The position numbers were made by a program, and so were the translations under genes. Under the pieces are notes generated by a model, which was not told where the DNA came from, did no database searches, and worked only from the letters and a program-made list of their open reading frames with translations. From the IMG/VR virus record IMGVR_UViG_3300045988_063098: 19,596 nucleotides of DNA; one strand, 5' to 3'. This DNA is from a virus. Position 1 is the stretch's first letter. Every line of letters starts with the position of its first letter. Positions 14,001 through 19,447 of the stretch are shown piece after piece.

Positions 14001-14225
14001 TTATTCTTCTCCCTCTTCTACGATGTTTTCGTGGTCGATGTTCATTTCTACGCCCTCAACTTCGCTGGCTGGGGCTTGCGCTGGATAGTTTGGCACTTCC
14101 TGCGCTGGTGTGTCAGCAGGCATAACTGCTGGCGGTGTAACTTCTGCGACTGTTTCTGGCTCGTCCTTAAGTGCGTCTAGTGCGTTGTTAGGATACCAGT
14201 TAATTGATTTTGAAAATGGTTTCAT
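14001..14225 (-). CDS. Small acidic Pro/Ala-rich protein (74 aa), unknown morphogenetic role
   Basis: ORF with SD AAAGGAAG. Its stop TAA is separated by 1 nt from the capsid ATG. The composition is Pro/Ala/Glu-rich (VTPPAVMPADTPAQEVPNYPAQAPASEVEG). Confidence 0.6.
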   Translation of the reverse strand: MKPFSKSINWYPNNALDALKDEPETVAEVTPPAVMPADTPAQEVPNYPAQAPASEVEGVEMNIDHENIVEEGEE

Positions 14226-14242
14226 CTTCTTTCTTCCTTTCT

Positions 14243-14533
14243 TTAAATAACAGCGTTGATTGCTGATACTACGCTCATGTCTTCTTGTGCTTGTTTCATG
14301 ATTTCGTCTTGTTGACCTAAACGTCGGTAAAGTTCGTTATTTGCTGAACGTAAATTACCATTTTTAAGATTTAGGCGCTCAACGTCTTCATTCAAGACTG
14401 AGACAACTGTGTCAACTTCTCCGACAAAAGCCTTAATGTCAATCAAGTCAGCCGTTAGGCTCTCAATTTCTTCATCGTTTCCGACTTTTGCCATTGCAGC
14501 GTCTAGCACTGCGAGGCATTCCTGTGAGGTCAT
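14243..14533 (-). CDS. Scaffolding protein, phi29 gp7-like (96 aa)
   Basis: First gene of the late operon, just upstream of the capsid gene. It is an acidic predicted coiled coil of about 96 aa. LNEDVERLNLKNGNLRSANNELYRRLG resembles phi29 gp7 ...[22 protein letters not shown]. Confidence 0.7.
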   Translation of the reverse strand: MTSQECLAVLDAAMAKVGNDEEIESLTADLIDIKAFVGEVDTVVSVLNEDVERLNLKNGNLRSANNELYRRLGQQDEIMKQAQEDMSVVSAINAVI

Positions 14534-14560
14534 AGCCCTCTCCTTTCAATTTTTAAACAA

Positions 14561-14589
14561 AGTATATCATACTTGACAAAATAAAGCAA
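14561..14589 (-). promoter_or_regulatory. Late (morphogenesis operon) promoter
   Basis: On the minus strand: TTGCTT (14589-14584), 17-nt spacer, TGaTATACT (TATACT = 14566-14561). The leader AAAATTGAAAGGAG and the scaffold ATG 14533 lie downstream. Confidence 0.65.
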
Positions 14590-14601
14590 GTATGATATGA
14601 T
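14573..14601 (+). promoter_or_regulatory. Promoter of the plus-strand small RNA (pRNA candidate)
   Basis: TTGACA 14573-14578, 17-nt spacer, TGaTATGAT (TATGAT 14596-14601). It interleaves with the divergent late promoter. Confidence 0.75.
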
Positions 14602-14607
14602 AAACCT

Positions 14608-14757
14608 GTAAGGCTTTTCAAGGCTTGTCTAGTGCTGGCAAGATGGTTACACCTCAAGGGGTGCTTGCTGGTGCGAGTCATTCTAACCAACTGACTTTTC
14701 AAGCCATGAAAAACGCTTTATAATTGGCGCTTTCCCTTTCGGGAAGGCGCTTTTTAT
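14608..14757 (+). ncRNA. Structured small RNA, candidate prohead/packaging RNA (pRNA)
   Basis: Bounded by a near-consensus promoter and an intrinsic terminator, with no SD-preceded ORF inside. Hand fold: closing helix 14613-14627/14700-14714. Arm 1 is 14632-14642/14664-14674 with bulge AUGGUUA and an apical hairpin at 14650-14663. Arm 2 is 14676-14680/14692-14696 with an 11-nt loop. Bulge GGUUA (14645-14649) is complementary to loop UAACC (14684-14688), as in the phi29 pRNA loop-loop interaction. The ends are approximate. Confidence 0.7.
14727..14757 (+). terminator. Intrinsic terminator of the small RNA (may also weakly stop the convergent replication operon)
   Basis: 10-bp stem GCGCTTTCCC / GGGAAGGCGC (14727-14736 / 14741-14750, one G-U pair), loop TTTC, then TTTTTATTT. 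On the minus strand the trailing sequence (CAAUUAUAAAG) is only weakly U-rich. Confidence 0.8.
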
Positions 14758-15266
14758 TTACCGAAAAGTCCTGCGAATGGGTTCACGGGTTGCACTTCTT
14801 CAAGGGTAAGAGTGTCAGCCATCATAAGGGCATTGAGACGGAAAAAGTCATTTCCATTTTCTCCACCCTCTACAAACATAATCGCAACGTGTACGGGTTC
14901 TTCTGTCTTGTAGTTCGGGGTCTTCTTAGTTGTGATTTCTCCTGATTCTGGGTCAACTTCTTCATAAGATACCCCAAAGTTGACTTCTTCAAAATCCGTT
15001 TCACTTGTGAAAATTTTCACGTTTTCAGTTGCTTTCACGATAAAGTAAGGGCGAGCGTCTGGGTCTTTTTCTGTGTCAGGTGTATAGAGTTGTAACCCAA
15101 AATCTACAAGCTTCTTGCTGTCTTCTTCAGTTGCTGGGACAAGGTATACGGCTTTAGTTGCTTTCTTTTGTTTGTACTTGCCGTCTGATTTGTTAGACGT
15201 TGCTGTGATTGTAGCCTGTGCTACGACTGTATCAAAGTTTTCATGTTGTTTTTGTTTTTTAGCCAT
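14754..15266 (-). CDS. Replication-operon protein, unknown function (170 aa); an ssDNA/dsDNA-binding role is speculative
   Basis: Last gene of the TP-pol operon, with GGAG SD. The N-terminus is Lys-rich (MAKKQKQ...KYKQKKATK) and the body is acidic. The function is suggested only by its position in a protein-primed replication module. Confidence 0.55.
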   Translation of the reverse strand: MAKKQKQHENFDTVVAQATITATSNKSDGKYKQKKATKAVYLVPATEEDSKKLVDFGLQLYTPDTEKDPDARPYFIVKATENVKIFTSETDFEEVNFGVSYEEVDPESGEITTKKTPNYKTEEPVHVAIMFVEGGENGNDFFRLNALMMADTLTLEEVQPVNPFAGLFGK

Positions 15267-15705
15267 TTTGTTTATCTCCGTTTGTTGATTTTAAAAATTT
15301 TAATGGTGTGATGATTGTATTGAGATTTTCTAAATCGTTTTGACGGTTCTTGGATTTCTCATAACAATCGTAAAGGGAATTAGAAGAAATTGAGTATATT
15401 TTATTTTCTTCTAAATAGCAACAAAGATTGTAAAAAGCATTGATTGAAATTTTATCAAATTCTTTTGAAACAAATTGATAAAGGTTCATCATATATTGAA
15501 AATCTTCATAGGCATAATGTGCTTTTAGATAGGACTTTAAAAAAATAGTGTTTTTAGGTGCGTTGCTGGATTTCTGGAAATAGTACCCTTTTTTATTTTT
15601 AACCTGTTGTGTACGTAATAGTTTTTTGAAAAAGGAGCGGTAAACCGACAATACAAAGCCATCATACCAAGTAGTCTGTTTCCCTGATTTTAAAGGTTGT
15701 TTCAT
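15259..15705 (-). CDS. Basic protein of unknown function (148 aa), overlapping the 3' end of the polymerase gene
   Basis: ATG 15705 is preceded by AGGAGG located inside the pol coding sequence. It overlaps pol by 44 nt in another frame. The protein is Lys/Tyr/Asn-rich and the coding sequence is visibly more AT-rich than its neighbours. Confidence 0.6.
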   Translation of the reverse strand: MKQPLKSGKQTTWYDGFVLSVYRSFFKKLLRTQQVKNKKGYYFQKSSNAPKNTIFLKSYLKAHYAYEDFQYMMNLYQFVSKEFDKISINAFYNLCCYLEENKIYSISSNSLYDCYEKSKNRQNDLENLNTIITPLKFLKSTNGDKQNG

Positions 15706-17368
15706 AAATTAGAGTACCTCCTTTTATCTGCTTACTTGCCTTTTTACCCTCAAACGTTGCCCCGATAACAAAATTTTCAAAAGTGATTTTTTCTTTGATT
15801 TCTGGGGTCATTCCTGCGCCCTTAACGTCTAAATGCGTTGACCCGTCTTCTTGTATCAATTCTTCTATATACAGCTTAGAGCGTAGGTATTTTGCCTTGA
15901 CGGCTCTACCCTCATGCGCCCACTTCCCGAACTCTGACGGGTCTATATCAAGTACAAGACTGTCAGAATGAAGCAAGTGCAAACTGTCTGTATCAGCATA
16001 TAAAAAATTATCATAGTTTTCTTGAGCGTTTGAGATGATAAAGTGACGGGCAATAGATGTTACGAAAAGGGCAACAGGTGCATAAACGGGTTGAACTTCT
16101 TCTTCATCGTCATTTTTAAAGCGTAATATACCTTTATCGTCCAGATAGGCTAGTTTCTTAACTGATATGATTTTAGCGCCAAACTTCCCATATAAACTAT
16201 TAAGCATAATCTTAGCCTTTTGTTTCTCTGCTGGGCTTTGTGCGTTTTCTTTTTTATATCGGTAAGTAGTGATATAGTCATCAAACAAGCCTGATTCTGT
16301 CTGAAATTCAAGTGTTTCAACATACATGATAGAACTATCATAATGTTTTAGAAATAGGTCAAGGTCAAAATTAGTCAAATATAAGTCTATAACCTCATTT
16401 TTCGAGGTAGTCACATAGTCGCTAGTTCTGACCCCAATTCTTAAAGCGTCAAGTTTGCGCTTAATCTGGATTGTTGGGAGGTAGCCACGTTTTAAGTCAA
16501 AATCGGCTTTAATGTGATATATATAATAATGGTCTTCCTTTATCTCCTTGGGTTTGCCCTTGTATCGCTTCGGTATTCCAATAGGCAAAGCGTTCTGTAG
16601 CATGGTTGCAGGGTACATACTATTGATGTCATAGATGTCTATTAGCTGGTTTAAGGTTCGCCCCTGCGTTTTAGGATTGGCAAACGTCCAGCCCCCACGA
16701 TAAGCCTTACGACAAAAATCATCTACCTTTTCGTCTAGGATTGGGAAAAAATCCCTGAACTTTCGTTTTGACTTCCTGAAAATCCGTTTAAATTCTGTCA
16801 GCGCTTCACTTGCTGATGTATACTTTGTGAAATTTTCTTCATAGTACATAGCAAAGATACCACGGGCTAAAATGGCAACGTCTACATGTATGTAGTCAAT
16901 CCATTCTGGCTTAATTTCATCTGGCTTATGTTTTAGCAAAGGTGTAGTCCCTTTGGCTATTGGCATTTTGAAAAGCCCTGCCATTGTAGAGATTGAGAAA
17001 TTAAGGATTTTTAAAGAGTCCCTAAAAATCAGCGTAAAGTCTGGAAATTCTAGTGTAATAGAATACCATACTCCCATATCGTTGATAAAGTAAGTACATT
17101 CTATATCATTGTTCAGAAAGAAAGATAACAAGAAAGAGCCGTCAAACTTGAGATTATGAAAGAATATGATAAACTCATCTTCTCCTGTATCCGTGTAAGT
17201 CTTGTCTAGGTCAAGATAGAGCGATTTCAGAAAATCCTCTAGACTAGTATTTACCTTAAATGTGTCTAGCTTGTCATAGTCAATAACCTTTGCGAAACAA
17301 GATAGCCATACCTCTGTTTCTTCCTCGTTTGTAGTCGTTTCAAAGTCACCTGCATAGTAGCAAGTCAC
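15662..17368 (-). CDS. Protein-primed family B DNA polymerase (568 aa)
   Basis: Exo I YAGDFETTT, Exo II FHNLKFDGSF, Exo III YIHVDVAIL, motif A DIYDINSMYP, motif B KIMLNSLYGKFG, motif C LYADTDSLH, KxY KAKYLRSKLY. GTG start at 17368-17366 overlaps the TP stop (GTGA). The length equals the Cp-1 polymerase as I recall it. Confidence 0.97.
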   Translation of the reverse strand: MTCYYAGDFETTTNEEETEVWLSCFAKVIDYDKLDTFKVNTSLEDFLKSLYLDLDKTYTDTGEDEFIIFFHNLKFDGSFLLSFFLNNDIECTYFINDMGVWYSITLEFPDFTLIFRDSLKILNFSISTMAGLFKMPIAKGTTPLLKHKPDEIKPEWIDYIHVDVAILARGIFAMYYEENFTKYTSASEALTEFKRIFRKSKRKFRDFFPILDEKVDDFCRKAYRGGWTFANPKTQGRTLNQLIDIYDINSMYPATMLQNALPIGIPKRYKGKPKEIKEDHYYIYHIKADFDLKRGYLPTIQIKRKLDALRIGVRTSDYVTTSKNEVIDLYLTNFDLDLFLKHYDSSIMYVETLEFQTESGLFDDYITTYRYKKENAQSPAEKQKAKIMLNSLYGKFGAKIISVKKLAYLDDKGILRFKNDDEEEVQPVYAPVALFVTSIARHFIISNAQENYDNFLYADTDSLHLLHSDSLVLDIDPSEFGKWAHEGRAVKAKYLRSKLYIEELIQEDGSTHLDVKGAGMTPEIKEKITFENFVIGATFEGKKASKQIKGGTLIYETTFKIRETDYLV

Positions 17369-18057
17369 TTCTTCCCTCGCTTCTTTCGTCTTCTCATGTC
17401 GCTAACAAATTGCTTGGAAAACTTATCTACATTATCAAGGATTTCACGGGCTAGACTGTCCTGAAATTCAAAAGCCGTTTCTTTACCATCTGTATCTACG
17501 AAAACCATAACATTATCAAAAGAAACCTTATCACTTGCCCCACCTGTTAGAAATGCCCCAAAGTTGCTGGCACTCATGCGCCTTATGCGTCCTATCATAG
17601 ACTTAAAGGCTTTTTCTTGCGCCTTATTCCCTGCTTCTCTGGTGTTGTAATGCATTTCCTCAAGCGCTTGTATATAGCGTTCTTTGGCTTCTCTGTCACG
17701 TTCTGAGCGGTATTCTTTGACCTCTTTGGCTGAATGAAAGCGGTTCAAGTCTGAGCGTTGAGAAGAGCGAAAGCCTTGGGTCAGCTTTTCAACAGAAAAC
17801 TTGTCCCCGTACCATGCTTTAGCTTTTTTAACATAGTCGCTAGTATAGACGTGATTTCCGAATACTTGAGTGCGCCCCTTGCTTTTAACCTCGTTATAGG
17901 CTCGCTCTAGCGCCTTGTCACTCATTCCTGCAAAATCCCACCGACCACCCATAAAAGCCTTAATCTCAGCATTAGATGCGCCCTGCCGTTGTAGCGTTCT
18001 TTTCTTTCTGGTTAAATAGTCCCGGTGTACCTTCCTTTGTTTTGGTGTTAAAGCCAT
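17365..18057 (-). CDS. Terminal protein (replication primer), 230 aa
   Basis: Basic protein immediately upstream of and translationally overlapped with the protein-primed polymerase. This is the conserved TP-pol order of phi29/Cp-1-type genomes, and the genome has ITRs. The size fits the ~28-kDa Cp-1 TP. I see no motif by eye. Confidence 0.8.
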   Translation of the reverse strand: MALTPKQRKVHRDYLTRKKRTLQRQGASNAEIKAFMGGRWDFAGMSDKALERAYNEVKSKGRTQVFGNHVYTSDYVKKAKAWYGDKFSVEKLTQGFRSSQRSDLNRFHSAKEVKEYRSERDREAKERYIQALEEMHYNTREAGNKAQEKAFKSMIGRIRRMSASNFGAFLTGGASDKVSFDNVMVFVDTDGKETAFEFQDSLAREILDNVDKFSKQFVSDMRRRKKRGKK

Positions 18058-18060
18058 TTA

Positions 18061-18333
18061 CTACACCCCTTCCGCTGTTTGTTCCTCTGCGTATTCTAAG
18101 ACGATGGCGAACGGGATAGAAGCAGAATAGCTCTTATATTCATAGTCTACTACCTCAATAGTAAGATAGCCCTTGAAACGCTCTTTTAGATAACGTTCAA
18201 TGTAAGGGAGCTGACGACGTTGGTTTATCGTTACCTGTTCGGTCTTGATACTCACGTTACCATCTTCATTTTTATAAAGATTGAAAGTTACCTGCGTAGC
18301 GTTAAAACTACATTTGATAGGTAAATCTGTCAA
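18061..18333 (-). CDS. First gene of the replication operon, unknown function (90 aa)
   Basis: TTG start at 18333-18331 with SD GAAAGGAG 9 nt upstream. It ends in TAG TAA directly before the TP ATG. Confidence 0.6.
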   Translation of the reverse strand: MTDLPIKCSFNATQVTFNLYKNEDGNVSIKTEQVTINQRRQLPYIERYLKERFKGYLTIEVVDYEYKSYSASIPFAIVLEYAEEQTAEGV

Positions 18334-18393
18334 GTGCTTTTACTCCTTTCTTTAAAATTTGCTTTTTACATTTAAGAAAATAAAGGTTATTTA

Positions 18394-18457
18394 TTTTCTT
18401 ATTTAAGTTTATCACATTTTCAAGTAGAAAGCAAGTGATAAACTTAATAAGAAAGTA
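18394..18457. repeat. Large AT-rich inverted repeat (candidate operator and/or weak terminator)
   Basis: Perfect 11-bp arms AAGTTTATCAC (18405-18415) and GTGATAAACTT (18435-18445) are separated by 19 nt. The arms extend imperfectly to about 22 bp (18394-18415 / 18435-18457). Confidence 0.7.
18406..18434 (-). promoter_or_regulatory. Promoter of the replication operon
   Basis: On the minus strand: TTGCTT (18434-18429), 17-nt spacer, TGaTAAACT (TAAACT = 18411-18406). It is embedded in the inverted repeat 18394-18457. Confidence 0.5.
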
Positions 18458-18459
18458 AA

Positions 18460-18945
18460 TTATTTTCTAAACACAACCCCGTCATTATCCAAGGCAAAAA
18501 CTGGTAGAATTACTACAAATAAATCCTCATCGCCTTTATAATAAACCCTGAAAGTTTCATGTTTTATTGTTGGTGTATTCTTTACAACCTCTTTGCCACC
18601 CTTATATCTTTTTGAGATACAAGCAAGTAAGCGACTTGCAAACCATGTAATTTTACCATCATCTGAATCAATAAGAGTATAATTTTTATCAGCTTTATAA
18701 ATAGAATTGATATTGCTTTCAGAACTTAAAAAAGTTTCTATAACTTTTTCTAAATATTCTCTATACCTTATCCCTGAACGGTTTACACCCTCAGCAATAT
18801 CTTTACATAATTCATTATTAGTATTTTCTTTAATAAAAACCATAATTTGACCGTCTGTAAATACATTATAACCATTTACAAAATCTTGATAAAAATATCT
18901 ACTATTTCTATAAACAGTCTTAATAAATGTTTTAAAATTAAGCAT
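18460..18945 (-). CDS. Right-end early protein, unknown function (161 aa)
   Basis: ORF with SD AAAGGAG. The coding sequence is AT-rich. I recognise no motif. Confidence 0.65.
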   Translation of the reverse strand: MLNFKTFIKTVYRNSRYFYQDFVNGYNVFTDGQIMVFIKENTNNELCKDIAEGVNRSGIRYREYLEKVIETFLSSESNINSIYKADKNYTLIDSDDGKITWFASRLLACISKRYKGGKEVVKNTPTIKHETFRVYYKGDEDLFVVILPVFALDNDGVVFRK

Positions 18946-18957
18946 TTTCTTTCTCCT

Positions 18958-19224
18958 TTACTCAACTTCTTCAAACCAGTCTGAAATATTTGTGTATAGT
19001 TCAGATAGTGTTTTCACTCTTTCATAGTAACCAGCAAACGGTACAAACTCATTATTTCTATACAATTCAAGTTTTATCTCATTTCCTAAGTCTACAATCT
19101 GGTTTACGTGGTCGCCATACATTTCAGCGTTATCAGCGTTGAAAATCACATCTAGCGCTTGCCCGTGTGTAAGTTCTGCAAAAGTTTCATCGTTGTGATT
19201 TACATATAGAGCTTTCATTTTCAT
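18958..19224 (-). CDS. Right-end early protein, small and acidic (88 aa)
   Basis: Its ATG (19224-19222) and everything upstream (SD and two promoters) lie inside the right ITR and are identical to those of the left-end gene at 373. Confidence 0.7.
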   Translation of the reverse strand: MKMKALYVNHNDETFAELTHGQALDVIFNADNAEMYGDHVNQIVDLGNEIKLELYRNNEFVPFAGYYERVKTLSELYTNISDWFEEVE

Positions 19225-19253
19225 TTTTCTTACCTCTTTAACTTTCTGATACC

Positions 19254-19282
19254 ATTATAGCATTTCTCAAAATGCTTGTCAA
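19254..19282 (-). promoter_or_regulatory. Right early promoter 2 (ITR copy of 315-343)
   Basis: Exact mirror copy: TTGACA = 19282-19277 and TATAAT = 19259-19254 on the minus strand. Confidence 0.8.
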
Positions 19283-19347
19283 GTGTTTTGTTAAATTTAT
19301 TTTAATTTATTTTTAGAAATGTTTTTATCTCATTTCTAACTATAACC

Positions 19348-19375
19348 ATTATAGCATATTAAAAATTATTGTCAA
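19348..19375 (-). promoter_or_regulatory. Right early promoter 1 (ITR copy of 222-249)
   Basis: Exact mirror copy: TTGACA = 19375-19370 and TATAAT = 19353-19348 on the minus strand. Confidence 0.75.
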
Positions 19376-19419
19376 GCGATTTTTAAAAATATTTTAAATT
19401 TATTTTAGAAAGTTTTTTC

Positions 19420-19447
19420 TTGACATTTTTCTAAATTGTGATATAAT
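19420..19447 (+). promoter_or_regulatory. Outward-facing promoter in the right ITR
   Basis: TTGACA 19420-19425, 16-nt spacer, TGaTATAAT (TATAAT 19442-19447), pointing at the genome end about 150 bp away. Confidence 0.55.

Noticed and set aside
14643-14723. 26-codon ORF (MVTPQGVLAGASHSNQLTFQAMKNAL) inside the small-RNA locus
   Set aside because: There is no SD upstream of its ATG. The region folds into an extensive structure with a promoter and terminator of its own, so a non-coding RNA is the better explanation.
14727-14750. The hairpin as the main terminator of the minus-strand replication operon
   Set aside because: The U-tract lies on the plus-strand side. On the minus strand the stem is followed by CAAUUAUAAAG, so it is at best a weak bidirectional terminator. 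It is kept as the terminator of the plus-strand small RNA.
2281-15971. Plus-strand ORFs nested inside minus-strand genes (2281-2490, 2595-2777, 4225-4473, 5281-5463, 6701-6889, 7741-8031, 8191-8397, 8574-8984, 11424-11627, 11950-12174, 12962-13180, 12990-13415, 13980-14180, 14724-14945, 15783-15971)
   Set aside because: They are antisense shadows of well-supported genes. They have no SD sequences or promoters, and their composition is low-complexity, typical of reverse-frame translation.
588-16341. Minus-strand minor ORFs 588-782, 8455-8757 and 16150-16341
   Set aside because: The first is antisense to the left early genes. The other two are out-of-frame inside the fibre and polymerase genes. 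None has a ribosome-binding site or a recognisable motif.
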